DNA of 64,000 nt from Bdellovibrionales bacterium (GTDB taxonomy: Bacteria > Bdellovibrionota > Bdellovibrionia > Bdellovibrionales > JAUICD01). The notes beneath the pieces are model-generated. The model worked only from the letters and a program-made list of their open reading frames with translations. It did no database searches and was not told where the DNA came from. Numbering within the stretch: the stretch's first letter is position 1; each line of letters starts with the position of its first letter. Positions 1-16,464 of this stretch are shown here, piece after piece. Made by a program: the position numbers and the translations under genes. The DNA lies in contig OZ253553.1 of the NCBI GenBank assembly GCA_965262715.1, positions 1 through 64,000 on the forward strand, read 5' to 3'.

Positions 1-163
1 TTTAACGTGTTTTGCTTTTTATTCCCTTTTTGAAAACTGCCAATAAGTTTCTAGGTGGAGGTTCTTCAAACCTTTTACAGATTTTCTTAAAGGTTTTCAT
101 CATTTTTTCAGCTCCACCAGGTTTTGGCCCTTTTCTCTGATTTTGCTCTTTTTTTAATGCCAT
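1..163 (-). CDS. Small basic hypothetical protein, 3' end runs off the window (MALKKEQNQRKGPKPGGAEKMMKTFKKICK...)
   Basis: Manual translation from ATG at 163; AGGTG RBS-like sequence upstream; paralog at 461-575. Confidence 0.45.
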
Positions 164-686
164 ACTTTCACCTATAAATTAAAATAAGATATATAAAATA
201 TTATCGGTTCATCATCTATTTCTCTAAATGTTTAAATCTATGACAAAGTAACATAGAGAGTGAAGAAAAACAAGATGTGAATATATGATCAAAGCTTTAA
301 AAATGGTTCATGATAACTTAAACCCTCTTTATTCCGGGATCCAGCAAACCGGCACTCTGGCAAACTGTACCCGGGATCAAAATATCCGGTATCTGTATTT
401 TGAATTTTTGCCTCTAAAAAATTTTACCCTACCTTTACATTCTTTTTGGTAACATGCTCTTTAAGCATTTTTAGAGGGATGTCTATTATAAATTTTTTCA
501 AAGGTTTTCATAATTCTTTTAGCCCCACCAGGTTTTGGCCCTTTTCTCTGATTTTGCTCTTTTTTTTAATGCCATATTTTCACCTATAAATTAAAATAAG
601 ATATATAAAATATCATCGGTTCATCATTTATTTCTCTAAATGTTTAAATCTATGACAAAGTAACATAGATAGTGAAGAAAAATAAG
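81..686. repeat. Direct repeat of ~195 bp (about 81-274 and 492-686) covering the promoter and 5' end of two small paralogous ORFs
   Basis: Near-identical sequence visible by eye (ccaccaggttttggcccttttctctgattttgctc...gtgaagaaaaa). Confidence 0.9.
461..575 (-). pseudogene. Frameshifted paralog of the 1-163 peptide (37 aa if one base is removed)
   Basis: T8 at 560-567 versus T7 at 149-155 in the other copy; the corrected frame ends at TAA 461-463. Confidence 0.45.
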
Positions 687-840
687 TTTCAAATGTACAA
701 CTAAAACTTCATATATTCTGATTGTCAGGGTATGTTTTTGAATCAGTATCAGATCAGAGCCTTGTAGTATAATATTTGAAGACTTTATATTTTATAACAG
801 GTTGGGTTTTTGTACAAATATTGTTAGGTATATAAAGGTT

Positions 841-994
841 AGAGAGTTATGGTAGGCATCTGATCTAGCTCAGGCTAGCGGCTCAAGGGATAAAGATTTT
901 ATAAAATACTTTACTATAATGGGTTTTTAAAATAACGGTACTTCAAGGCACGGGGGTTGCCTGCTGCTACTGAAGATGCCTACCATAACTCTCT
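841..994. other. 154-bp element closed by a perfect 21-bp inverted repeat (structured RNA or MITE)
   Basis: agagagttatggtaggcatct (841-861) is the reverse complement of 974-994; internal hairpins ctagc-tcag-gctag and ggca-cgggggt-tgcc. Confidence 0.5.
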
Positions 995-1168
995 TATGCA
1001 TATTTATGCAACAAGGTCTAACAGGTTTATAAAAAAATGCTCAGAGGTTCTGTAGGTAGTGAGAAAGCGTGTCTCAATAAAATCAATAAGCTTTAAAAAT
1101 AATTGTACTTAATCTTATTGACATAAATGAAGAAGGCAAACTATGAAGAGGGAAGGGGGCTTAAACTT

Positions 1169-2344
1169 ATGGAAGATGTAGTTATTGTCAGTGCCAAGCG
1201 CACGCCTATTGGTTCTTTTCTTGGAGTACTTGCTGATGTGCCTGCTCCTAAATTGGGAGCTATTGCTATTAAAGCTGCTATAAAAGAGGCTGGAATAGAC
1301 CCACAGGAAGTTCAAGAGTGTATTATGGGAGAGGTTCTCACATCTGGTGTTGGTCAAGCCCCTGCCAGGCAAGCTGCTATTTATGCGGGACTTCCCACAT
1401 CAACTCAGTGTATGACCATCAATAAGGTTTGTGGATCAGGATTAAAAGCTGTGATGCTTGCACACAATGCCATTAAGTTAAATCTAGCTGATATTGTTGT
1501 TGCTGGAGGACAAGAAAACATGTCGCAAGCTCCTTATATTCTTAAAGCAGCTAGGCTGGGCCTGCGCTTAGGGCATAAAGGGCTTATGGACTCTATGATT
1601 TTAGATGGACTTTGGGATCCTTACGATAATATGCATATGGGAAGCTGCGCAGAGCTGTGCGCAAGTAAGAAAAAACATACAAGACAAGCGCAAGATGCCT
1701 TTGCTATAGAAAGCTACAAGCGTGCAAACAATGCTCAAAAACAAGGGTTTTTTGATAATGAAATTATAGAAGTACAAACTGAAAAAAACAAAAAAACTGT
1801 TACTATTAAAACGGATGAAGAACCACAAAGAGTGCAATTTGAAAAAATACCAAAACTTCGCCCTGTTTTTGAGAAAGACGGTAGTGTCACTGCAGCCAAT
1901 GCGAGTAAAGTCAATGATGGAGCTTCTGCTCTCGTACTCATGTCGAGCAGATTAGCTCGGAAAAAAGGTATAAGACCTATGGCAAAAATTTTATCTCAGG
2001 CCTCTTTTGCAATGGAACCTAAATGGTTCACCTTAGCTCCAACTGGAGCCATAAAAAAAGCTCTAGAAATGGCTCAATTAAAATCATCAGACATTGGTCT
2101 TTGGGAGATCAACGAGGCCTTTGCGACTCAAACAATGGCTGTTATGGAGGATATAGGGATTCCACCAGATCGTTTAAATATAAATGGAGGTGCTATTGCA
2201 TTAGGGCACCCTATTGGCGCAAGTGGAGCGCGAATACTCACTACTCTTCTGCATTCTATGGAAAGGCAAAAATGTAAAAGAGGTCTTGCTTCTTTGTGTA
2301 TTGGTGGTGGTGAAGGGTCTGCGCTTATCGTAGAGAGAGTATGA
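1169..2344 (+). CDS. Acetyl-CoA C-acetyltransferase (thiolase)
   Basis: [28 protein letters not shown] and CIGGG motifs; ATG 1169 follows a purine-rich RBS (track start 1127). Confidence 0.95.
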   Translation: MEDVVIVSAKRTPIGSFLGVLADVPAPKLGAIAIKAAIKEAGIDPQEVQECIMGEVLTSGVGQAPARQAAIYAGLPTSTQCMTINKVCGSGLKAVMLAHNAIKLNLADIVVAGGQENMSQAPYILKAARLGLRLGHKGLMDSMILDGLWDPYDNMHMGSCAELCASKKKHTRQAQDAFAIESYKRANNAQKQGFFDNEIIEVQTEKNKKTVTIKTDEEPQRVQFEKIPKLRPVFEKDGSVTAANASKVNDGASALVLMSSRLARKKGIRPMAKILSQASFAMEPKWFTLAPTGAIKKALEMAQLKSSDIGLWEINEAFATQTMAVMEDIGIPPDRLNINGGAIALGHPIGASGARILTTLLHSMERQKCKRGLASLCIGGGEGSALIVERV

Positions 2345-2602
2345 TCTTGAATAGAACCCTAATTTAAATCACTAAATTTGATATTTATGCAACAAAATCC
2401 AACAACACCATCTTTGCTGAGTGACTGATAGTAATAAATGCGCTGCATTATTTCATAATGACAATGGTAGAATTATTCAACTATTGAACTTAAAAGTTTT
2501 ATAGTATGCTAACAAACATTGTATAAACTATATCAATCAGTAAGATTGTTGTAAGTTTACAGATAAATCATCAAAAAGTGAACTTAGGTAAATAGGGATA
2601 TA

Positions 2603-4273
2603 ATGCTTACAGTACTGATATTTTTACCTCTTATTTCAGCTTTTTTATTGCTACTGCTTCCAAAGCACTATCAAGAATCCATTGGATATATAGCTTTTAG
2701 CTTTGCTATCTTAACATTTTTATATTCACTTTGGGTCCTTATTCATTTTGATAAAACAACAGCCAGTTTGCAGATGGTAGAAAATATCCCTTGGATCAAT
2801 TCCTTAGGGATTTCTTATTTTATTGGGATTGATGGGATTTCTCTTTGGCTTATTATTCTTACAACTTTTATTTCACCTTTTATGATTTTAGGAAGTCTTT
2901 CAACTATAAAGGACCGTGGTTTTTATTTTCACATATTGGTTTTGGAGTCTTTGATGTTGGGTTCTTTTTTAGCTATGGATGCTATTTTATTTTATATATT
3001 TTTCGAGGCGTCTTTAATTCCTATGTATTTTTTAATTGGTATTTGGGGAGGTCCTAGACGTATCTATGCTACAGTGAAATTCTTTATATTTACCATGTTT
3101 GGGTCTGTTTTAATGTTGGTGGCTATTATTGCTATGATGTTCACTGTTCAGGCTCAGTTAGGTCAAATCAGTGCTAGCATCTTAGATTTTTATCAAATCC
3201 AGATCCCTTTTGTTCTTAATTTATGGACAAGTCCACAAACATTGATGTTCATTGCTTTTTGCCTAGCATTTGCTATCAAAGTCCCCTTATTTCCTGTGCA
3301 CACATGGTTGCCAGATGCCCATGTGGAAGCTCCTACTGCAGGCTCTGTGGTTTTAGCAGGAGTGATGTTAAAAATGGGTGGTTATGGATTTATCAGATGG
3401 GTTATTCCCATGTTCCCAGAGGCTGTTGAAAGCTTTGGATGGGTCTTTTTAATATTGGGAGTCATAGGGATTATTTATGGAGCATGTGTTGCTATGGTTC
3501 AACCGGACATAAAAAAACTAGTTGCTTACTCATCTATTTCTCATATGGGGTATATCATTATAGGTTTATTTACTCTAAATATTTATGGTATCACAGGCGG
3601 TATTTATCAAATGCTAAATCATGGTATTAGCACAGGAGCTTTATTTTTACTTGTAGGTATGGTTTATGAAAGAACTCACACCAGAGACATCAAAAGTTAT
3701 GGAGGGCTTGCTCATGTGATGCCTTTATATGCTATTGCCTTTTTTATTATCACACTTTCAAGTATAGCTGTTCCTGGAACAAATGGATTTATAGGAGAAA
3801 TATTAATTCTTCTTGGTGGGTTTATAGCAAATAAGACTATAGGGGTGTTAGCTACAATAGGTGTTATTTTAGGCGCAGTGTATATGCTTTGGATGTTCAA
3901 GTCTGTCTTTTTTGGAAATAAAAGTAAATTAGTTGAACAAATAAGTACTGATTATCAAAAAAATTACAAACAGCTGGATTTATCCTTGAGAGAGCTTTGC
4001 ATTCTTATACCCCTTGTGTTTTTAGTGTTTTGGATGGGACTTTTTCCAAATACCTTCTTAAACTACTCTAAGGTCAGCATTGATCATTTAGTGAATCATC
4101 CAAAGACCTATTTACTAAGTGTTCAGATAGACAATAATTTAAGACAAACAGTTTTAAATGAAATTGAAGAAGAAACAAAAACAAACATAGAGCAAGTACA
4201 AGAAACAATAACAAAGGCAGAAGAAGTTAAGTCACCAGAAGGCATAAAAACAAAAATAGAGGAAAGTTTATGA
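2603..4273 (+). CDS. nuoM: NADH-quinone oxidoreductase subunit M
   Basis: GIDGISL, FYIFFE, WLPDAHVEAPTAGSVVLAGVMLKMG and AYSSISHMG motifs. Confidence 0.93.
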   Translation: MLTVLIFLPLISAFLLLLLPKHYQESIGYIAFSFAILTFLYSLWVLIHFDKTTASLQMVENIPWINSLGISYFIGIDGISLWLIILTTFISPFMILGSLSTIKDRGFYFHILVLESLMLGSFLAMDAILFYIFFEASLIPMYFLIGIWGGPRRIYATVKFFIFTMFGSVLMLVAIIAMMFTVQAQLGQISASILDFYQIQIPFVLNLWTSPQTLMFIAFCLAFAIKVPLFPVHTWLPDAHVEAPTAGSVVLAGVMLKMGGYGFIRWVIPMFPEAVESFGWVFLILGVIGIIYGACVAMVQPDIKKLVAYSSISHMGYIIIGLFTLNIYGITGGIYQMLNHGISTGALFLLVGMVYERTHTRDIKSYGGLAHVMPLYAIAFFIITLSSIAVPGTNGFIGEILILLGGFIANKTIGVLATIGVILGAVYMLWMFKSVFFGNKSKLVEQISTDYQKNYKQLDLSLRELCILIPLVFLVFWMGLFPNTFLNYSKVSIDHLVNHPKTYLLSVQIDNNLRQTVLNEIEEETKTNIEQVQETITKAEEVKSPEGIKTKIEESL

Positions 4274-5751
4274 ATGTTCCTGTTTTTTTAGACTTGTGGA
4301 TTATTGTTCCTTTTTTGCTTTTGTTCATGACAAGTTTGTTTTGTCTTACTTCAAGGTTCTGGGGAGGAACTCATCAACAAAATCGATTGATTATTTTCGC
4401 TCAAGCCTTATTTGGAATGTCATTATCTTTATTATTTGTTATTTTCCTTTATTCCAATTTAGATTCAGAAGGTGTATTTGTTTTTTCAAAAACTCTTATT
4501 TTTGATGGGCTTTCTTATTATGCTAGTCTTTTGGTTATTGTTCTAACAATGGCTGTTTTATTTTTATCTCAAGGCCATCCTGCCTTAAAAGAGCAATTTT
4601 CAGAGCATCTTTTTTTGGTTTTAAATGCATGCATAGGAATGTTAGTGATTATTTGGTCTAATGACTTAATAGTTGCCTTTATAGGCATTGAATTGATGTC
4701 GTTGGCTTTTTATATTTTAGCAGGTTTAAGTTTAGAGCAAAAGCTTTCAAAAGAAGCTGCATTTAAGTATTTTGTTTTAGGTAGTGTTGGCTCAGCTATT
4801 TTTCTGTATGGAGTGGCACTGATCTATGGAGCTATCAATAGCACATCTCTCTCTGATCTTGCTCAAACAAGTTCTTTATCAACTATGGAAGACCCTATTT
4901 TATTGATAGGCCTAAGCTTATTAATATGTGGACTTTTCTTTAAAATAGCTTTGTTCCCATTTCATGCATGGGCACCTGATGTTTATCAGGGTTCCCCTAC
5001 ACCTGTTACAGCGTTTATGTCGACAGCGGGTAAGTTGGCCCCTTTTATTCTCTTTTTACGTATTGCAGGTATAGGCATTCTAGCATCTTTCACAGGATTT
5101 ATTGAGATCATGCAATGGCTTGCTGTATTAACAATGTTGGTTGGTAATATTATGGCACTTCGACAAGAATCTATTAAACGGGTTCTAGCCTATTCTAGCA
5201 TAGCTCATTCTGGATATATAATGCTTGGAGTGATTGCTTTGAGTTTGGGTTCATCTCAGGGCATGCCTGCTGCTAGTGTTTTATTTTACTTTGTAGCTTA
5301 TGGTTTAATGAATATAGGAGCCTTTGCATTTGTATACTTGTTGGAACCCACAGAGCACGCTATTGTTACCATGGATGATTTGCAAGGTTTATCTCAAAAG
5401 AGACCTTATATAGCTTTAGCTTTAAGCATTTGTTTATTAAGTCTAGCTGGAATCCCTCCTACATTTGGATTTTTTGGAAAATTTTATATTTTCTCAACAG
5501 CGCTTAATGCAGGATTGGTATGGGGTACGATATGGGCTGTTATAAGCTCTGTGATCAGTTTATATTATTATCTTAAGCCTATTTTAAATATGTATATGAT
5601 GGAGCCTTCTGATCGGAAAGTTGGTGAAAATCAGGATGTTTTAGTCAAATATTTACTTTTCACATGTGCTGGATTGATTTTATTTTTTGGTATCTTTGCA
5701 GATTTAATTATTGGTCAAGTCGCAGAAACCATGTCCCTCATCTTTCAATGA
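4270..5751 (+). CDS. nuoN: NADH-quinone oxidoreductase subunit N
   Basis: EAAFKYF, FKIALFPFHAWAPDVYQGSP and SLAGIPP..GFFGK motifs; ATGA overlap with nuoM. Confidence 0.93.
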   Translation: MNVPVFLDLWIIVPFLLLFMTSLFCLTSRFWGGTHQQNRLIIFAQALFGMSLSLLFVIFLYSNLDSEGVFVFSKTLIFDGLSYYASLLVIVLTMAVLFLSQGHPALKEQFSEHLFLVLNACIGMLVIIWSNDLIVAFIGIELMSLAFYILAGLSLEQKLSKEAAFKYFVLGSVGSAIFLYGVALIYGAINSTSLSDLAQTSSLSTMEDPILLIGLSLLICGLFFKIALFPFHAWAPDVYQGSPTPVTAFMSTAGKLAPFILFLRIAGIGILASFTGFIEIMQWLAVLTMLVGNIMALRQESIKRVLAYSSIAHSGYIMLGVIALSLGSSQGMPAASVLFYFVAYGLMNIGAFAFVYLLEPTEHAIVTMDDLQGLSQKRPYIALALSICLLSLAGIPPTFGFFGKFYIFSTALNAGLVWGTIWAVISSVISLYYYLKPILNMYMMEPSDRKVGENQDVLVKYLLFTCAGLILFFGIFADLIIGQVAETMSLIFQ

Positions 5752-6065
5752 GTTTAGAAGTCATCTCAAAAATCTTGTTTGTTCTACAAATAAACGGGTT
5801 TTTTGCACAAATAAATACTGATTTGAAGTTACAATTTATAAATCAAACTGCTCATTCACCTTGAAATATTTTTTTTAACCTACATGTATCTTATTAATAC
5901 AAGAATTGATAACCTTATTTTTACTTAATGTGTTACCTCAGAATATATGTTATAATTAATTAGATATGTAACGAAATAAGACAGAGGCAGGTGCGTTGTT
6001 TTTTTATAAAGTGAGAGACTTTACATTATCTTTTTTGTTAAATAAAATATAAGCTGGTTAAACTT

Positions 6066-11588
<5,523 letters not shown>

Positions 11589-11676
11589 CCTGAGTTCATG
11601 GCAATGATAAGTTTTAAATAGAGAAATAAAAATATTTTCCTTAACATTTTGTAAAGCAACGAAAAGTATCTCCTTA

Positions 11677-11775
11677 CTAAAAATAAACAGATTTTTGAGA
11701 TAGTCAGCATTTTACTGAAGGCGTAAGCCTTCATGCTGACTACCCAAAAACTGCTAGAAGCAGGTTTATTTTTAG
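11677..11775 (-). repeat. Structured repeat family A, copy 1
   Basis: Outer stem ctaaaaataaac/gtttatttttag, a side hairpin, a long stem and an apical tgaaggc-gtaa-gccttca hairpin. Confidence 0.75.
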
Positions 11776-11846
11776 GGAAATGAAATAGGTGAAAAAATTC
11801 AAATTACAGGTGCCGGATTGCCAGATCCCAGAAAAAGAGGGCTTAA

Positions 11847-12180
11847 CTAGAACCGGTCTCAAAAATAAAAATTTGATAAACATTGCTAGTGGTTCATAAC
11901 TTTATCTAACTACCAATGTATATCAATGGTCATCTTCGTCTATAAACGTTTGTACCTATTGCTTCTAATTTCTTGTATAAAAGGGTTGTCTTCCTCAAAA
12001 TGAATCACGCCGCTGGCGTGCTTTCTGGCACTGATCCGATGGTGAAAAACCATCAGATCAGTACCTAGAAAGTCTATTCATTTTGAGTAGAAGCCATCTA
12101 ATGGGATGTTTTGTATAATGCAAAACTGGTATTTTTTCTAAAATTGTTATCTCTAGTAGCATTTTTGAGATGGCTTCTAG
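11847..12180. mobile_element. MITE-like remnant bounded by CTAGAAnCnnTCTCAAAAAT inverted ends (same motif also near 5755, 14117 and 17514)
   Basis: ctagaaccggtctcaaaaat (11847) versus atttttgagatggcttctag (12161-12180); no ORF inside. Confidence 0.5.
11994..12087 (+). repeat. Structured repeat family A, copy 2 (nested in the MITE-like remnant)
   Basis: ctcaaaatgaat/attcattttgag outer stem, cacgcc-gct-ggcgtg side hairpin, gatggt-gaaaa-accatc apical hairpin. Confidence 0.7.
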
Positions 12181-12194
12181 TTATGAACCTAAAT

Positions 12195-13136
12195 TTATAT
12201 TTGTTTTTGTTTTGTATATAAACACAGAAATTCAAACATTGTATCTACAGCAGCCAGGGAAGTTATGTCAGAATGATCATAAGGAGGAGATACTTCCACA
12301 AGATCAGCTCCAACCAAGTTATGAATTTTAAGAGTTCGCAATATCTTTTGTGTTTCATAAGTTGTTAAGCCTCCAATAACAGGAGTTCCTGTCCCAGGAG
12401 CGCAGCTAGGATCTAAACAATCAATATCAAAGCTAATGTAAGTTGGAATATTATCCTCATAGGATGGGAGCTTTTGTAAAAAAGCTTCTAAACCATTCTT
12501 ACGTATATCGTCAACTGTATTGATGTTAATTTTGTGTTTAGCTGCAAAATCTAAATCTTGAGAATCTGTAAGAGGGCCTCTAATACCAAACTGAAAAACA
12601 TGTCCAGGTTTTATAAGTTTTTCTTCTATAGCATGTCGTAAAAAAGCTCCATGATGATATTCACATCCCCATGCTGCTGGGAATGTATCTAAGTGAGCAT
12701 CAAAGTGCAAAAGCCGAACAGGACCATATTTTTTCTTGATGGATCTTAAAATAGGTAATGTCAGAGAGTGATCTCCACCAACACCAATGAATTTTTTGTT
12801 GTCTTTAAGAAGTTTATTTATAAATTCTTCAATAAGCTTATAAGTACGTTCTTGATCTAAAGGAACAGTTGGGCAATCTCCTATATCTGCAACTGTTAAT
12901 TGTTTTGTCCAGTTGATTCCTAGAGGCCAATGATAACCTCTTCCTAAAGAAGAAGTTTCTCGAATACGGCTAGGAGCAAATCGTGCTCCGGGCCTGTAAG
13001 ATACTGCTCCATCATAAGGTAGGCCAAATAAAGCAATTTCGTAATCTGAAGACAAATCAGTTAGAGGTAGTCTAAAAAATGTTTTTATACCAGAAAACCT
13101 TGGAGATTGACGTCCTTTCAAACGATCAGATGTCAT
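12195..13136 (-). CDS. speB: Agmatinase (ureohydrolase family)
   Basis: GGDHS, DAHLD and SFDIDCLDPSCAPGTGTP Mn-binding motifs. Confidence 0.88.
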   Translation of the reverse strand: MTSDRLKGRQSPRFSGIKTFFRLPLTDLSSDYEIALFGLPYDGAVSYRPGARFAPSRIRETSSLGRGYHWPLGINWTKQLTVADIGDCPTVPLDQERTYKLIEEFINKLLKDNKKFIGVGGDHSLTLPILRSIKKKYGPVRLLHFDAHLDTFPAAWGCEYHHGAFLRHAIEEKLIKPGHVFQFGIRGPLTDSQDLDFAAKHKININTVDDIRKNGLEAFLQKLPSYEDNIPTYISFDIDCLDPSCAPGTGTPVIGGLTTYETQKILRTLKIHNLVGADLVEVSPPYDHSDITSLAAVDTMFEFLCLYTKQKQI

Positions 13137-13357
13137 TGTTTTGTTCCTTTTTTTAATTTATTTTTGATATAGTTCTTTATAATAAAATCACAGTTTCTTT
13201 CTTATCGGATTTTTGTTAAAAATGATAGATTTTTCTTAAGCTTAACTTGCACTTTCAATACTATACTCTTTCAGTAAAAAAAATACAATAATTCAACTCA
13301 CTATCAATCATTTCAATTTGGAAAATAAAAATAGCTAATGTATTTCTTTGTGTTAAA

Positions 13358-14056
13358 ATGCCACAAAAAGGATATATTATGAGCTTAAGAAGACAACAAG
13401 TAAGCCCACAGGACTTTAAAGAAAGATCTGAATATGTTAGGAAGCTTTTTTGTCATGAAAGCAAAGTACTTCTTGCGGCAAAAAATCGGGCAGAAAAAAT
13501 CCACCCAGGAGTGATGATTTCTCCACAAGAAGGTAAAATACTCCAATGTCTTATAAGATCTATTCAAGCCAAAAAAGTTATAGAAATTGGTGCTTTTACT
13601 GGTTATTCAGCCCTATGGATTGTGCAAGCTCTTCCTTCAGATGGACAATTTTGGACGTTAGAGTTACAAAAAGACCATGCTCATTTATCTAAGCTTTCCC
13701 TATCTGAGGGACAGCCATCTTGTCAGTATGAGGTTATGCAAGGACCAGCAGATCAATCTTTAAAGATACTTGAAGAACATGCTCCTTTTGATGCCATTTT
13801 TATTGATGCCAATAAAGATGGATATATTCAATATCTGGATTGGTCAGAAAGACATTTAAGAAAAGGAGGGCTTATTATAGGAGATAATGCTTATCTATTT
13901 GGTCATATTTATAAAGAAGATAAGCCTTCAAATGTGGGTTTATCATCATGGAACTCAATGCATAAATTTAATGAAAAGCTCTCTGATGCTAAAAAGTACA
14001 CTTCTACTATTTTGCCAACAGAAGAAGGTATGGCAGTAGCCATAAAAGAGTTTTAA
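13358..14056 (+). CDS. SAM-dependent O-methyltransferase (caffeoyl-CoA OMT-like family)
   Basis: IEIGAFTGYSA, FDAIFIDANK and GGLIIGDN motifs; start may be the second Met (13379). Confidence 0.9.
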   Translation: MPQKGYIMSLRRQQVSPQDFKERSEYVRKLFCHESKVLLAAKNRAEKIHPGVMISPQEGKILQCLIRSIQAKKVIEIGAFTGYSALWIVQALPSDGQFWTLELQKDHAHLSKLSLSEGQPSCQYEVMQGPADQSLKILEEHAPFDAIFIDANKDGYIQYLDWSERHLRKGGLIIGDNAYLFGHIYKEDKPSNVGLSSWNSMHKFNEKLSDAKKYTSTILPTEEGMAVAIKEF

Positions 14057-14141
14057 GATGATTTATAAAAAATAGATTTTGTATTTTGCAACTTCGTATT
14101 ATTTACTGCTCATGTGTTTTTGAGATGAGTTCTAAAATAGG

Positions 14142-15182
14142 TTACTCTCTGATATTTTGGAGTGCCCATTTGACAAGATCTTTAAGATAAAGTTGTTTTT
14201 TAAATTTAGAAATTTCAGGTATAAGAGGTGTTAACTTTTTATTTGTGGCGACAATAATGGCATTACGACGGTGACCATTAGGAGATGTGCGATTTAAGGG
14301 TGTCAACTGAAACTTTTTTTGTAATTTGCGATTTGAGAGAGTCAAAATCTCTTTTAGTTCAGTAATGATATCTTCTTTTTTAGAACTAGGTTCTTCAATT
14401 AAGCTTCCAAAAGCTTTTTTATTCCATGGGCAAACTGTTTGGCAGATATCACAGCCAAAATACCAATCTCCTATCTTTTGCCTGAGGTTTTCTGGTGGAA
14501 TTTTTCGAGATTCAATTGTTAAATAAGAAATACATTTTCTAGCATCTAAAACTTTAGAAGATAGAATCGCCTGTGTAGGGCAAGCGTCTATACATTTTGT
14601 GCACTTGCCACAACGGTCGGGATTTAAAACTTGAGCCTCTGCTCCTTTTAAGGTGGTATATATTTCTCCAAGAAAAAATAAGCTTCCATGCTTTTCAGAG
14701 ATTAAGCAAGTGTTTTTACCTACCCAGCCCAGTCCTGCTAAATAACTTAACTCGCGCTCGAGGACAGGCTGAGAATCTGTTAATGGTAAGAAAGTATGTT
14801 CAGGAAAGTGCGCTTTAAGTTTTATGGCCATTTCATTTAACTTATGCAAAAACCAATGATGATAGTCTCCTCCTCTTGCATAACGAGCTATCTTTAAGCC
14901 TTTAAAAGGGTTTTGATTTTTCTGAGGGTGTGGTACATAATCCATAGCTACGCAAAAGGAGCCTACAGCGGAAGGTAAAAGCTTTTGTGGGTCTTTTTTA
15001 TACGGGATATGCTTTTTAAGATATTCCATGTCTCCATGATAATGAGATTTGATCCATGTCAGATAAAAATCCATACTTTTAGGAGTTTGAAACTTTGTCC
15101 ATCCAAAACGTGAAATGCCTTCAGATGCAAAAAGCTCCTGAATTTTTGTCGTAAAATCAGATGATGCCATGGGATTTTTCAT
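14142..15182 (-). CDS. queG: tRNA epoxyqueuosine(34) reductase
   Basis: IARYARGGDYH, AGLGWVGKN, CGKCTKCIDACPT, CISYLTIE and GCDICQTVCPWN motifs. Confidence 0.93.
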   Translation of the reverse strand: MKNPMASSDFTTKIQELFASEGISRFGWTKFQTPKSMDFYLTWIKSHYHGDMEYLKKHIPYKKDPQKLLPSAVGSFCVAMDYVPHPQKNQNPFKGLKIARYARGGDYHHWFLHKLNEMAIKLKAHFPEHTFLPLTDSQPVLERELSYLAGLGWVGKNTCLISEKHGSLFFLGEIYTTLKGAEAQVLNPDRCGKCTKCIDACPTQAILSSKVLDARKCISYLTIESRKIPPENLRQKIGDWYFGCDICQTVCPWNKKAFGSLIEEPSSKKEDIITELKEILTLSNRKLQKKFQLTPLNRTSPNGHRRNAIIVATNKKLTPLIPEISKFKKQLYLKDLVKWALQNIRE

Positions 15183-15406
15183 ATATTCATTTATCCAATA
15201 ATAACTTATTTTAACAAGCTTGTAACTTTAATCAATATATGGCACAAGTTATATAGCATCATTACAAGTGTATTTCAGCCTTGGTTGTTTAGTTATCATG
15301 GATTTTTACCGATTTAAAGAATGTAGGGCTGTATCAAAAGAAGTCATAAGGTTATCAATGTTTTATAAAAAAATAATATTGGTTTTAAAATTTCAATTAT
15401 AATAAT

Positions 15407-16255
15407 ATGAAGAATTTTAATAAAAAAAAGAATCTAACATACTTTCCTGTTGTCATATCATCTTTATTGATTTTAATGATGATATCTCAAAATTGTGTAA
15501 GTAAAAATAACAGTAGTGTTTTACCACAAACACCAGGGCTACTACCTCTAAAAGGCCCAATGAATTTTGAAATCAAATATGAAGGAGAACGGGCAATTTT
15601 TGATATCTTATGGCAAGTAAGGGTACATCATTATAACGAATATAACGGCGGAGGGTGTTATATTGGATCATATAAAAAGATCAATTTTAGAGAAACAGAT
15701 TTAAATATAGAAGTAGATCAGAATGATGTATTACAAATAGATAATACTTTAGGAGTGAATGTTTTTGCGCAAGCTTTTATTCAATTTGAAGAAGCAGATT
15801 GTATTACGTATAGAAAAGGATCACTTCAATTAGTACCCTTTGACTCTAAAAAGGCTGACCCCATTTGCCAGCAAGCTACAGTACTTCCTCCTCATATTAA
15901 TCCTACCTCTAGTATGAATCCAACATCACCTTATATGATAGAAAGCATAAATAAGTCCCTATATCACTTTTCCGTTGGAGATTCTATAGGTTTAGAGCTT
16001 GTCAATTTGCGTAATGAAAACACTCAATTTACATGGAGTATCAAAAATATGGGAGATGATATAGAACTTGCTGACCAAACTCATCAAGATACGACTATTA
16101 CACATACTTTCTCAAATAAAGGTGTCTATGATATCTCTGCAATTGAGAGAGAAACAAATTTTGAAATCAGCACACAACTGCTTATTGGTAAATGTGAGGA
16201 TACAGAGGCTTCTGAAGAAATTATCATAGATATGACATCTGCTACATCTAATTAA
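15407..16255 (+). CDS. Exported/lipoprotein-like protein with a C-terminal PKD-like domain
   Basis: Signal-like N-terminus ending SQNC; FTWS...HTFSNKGVYDISA PKD-type signature. Confidence 0.6.
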   Translation: MKNFNKKKNLTYFPVVISSLLILMMISQNCVSKNNSSVLPQTPGLLPLKGPMNFEIKYEGERAIFDILWQVRVHHYNEYNGGGCYIGSYKKINFRETDLNIEVDQNDVLQIDNTLGVNVFAQAFIQFEEADCITYRKGSLQLVPFDSKKADPICQQATVLPPHINPTSSMNPTSPYMIESINKSLYHFSVGDSIGLELVNLRNENTQFTWSIKNMGDDIELADQTHQDTTITHTFSNKGVYDISAIERETNFEISTQLLIGKCEDTEASEEIIIDMTSATSN

Positions 16256-16464
16256 TTCTGTTCATTTATTTCGTATATAGGGTTGGGGTCAACGGCAGGC
16301 TTGTGAACTAGCTCTTACCCAGTGCCAAAAATATCTATAAATTCAAAAGTGTTGCACTTGCTATTTGAATTTACATATTGCTATTTTACAGACTTGTTTG
16401 TATAAATATTAGCTTATGAGCTAAAATAGCTTGAAGTAGCCTTAGTTTTTTAATAGGAAGAGAA

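Noticed and set aside
841..994. 6S RNA or riboswitch assignment
   Set aside because: I could not form the 6S central-bubble pairing or find riboswitch consensus motifs; left unassigned
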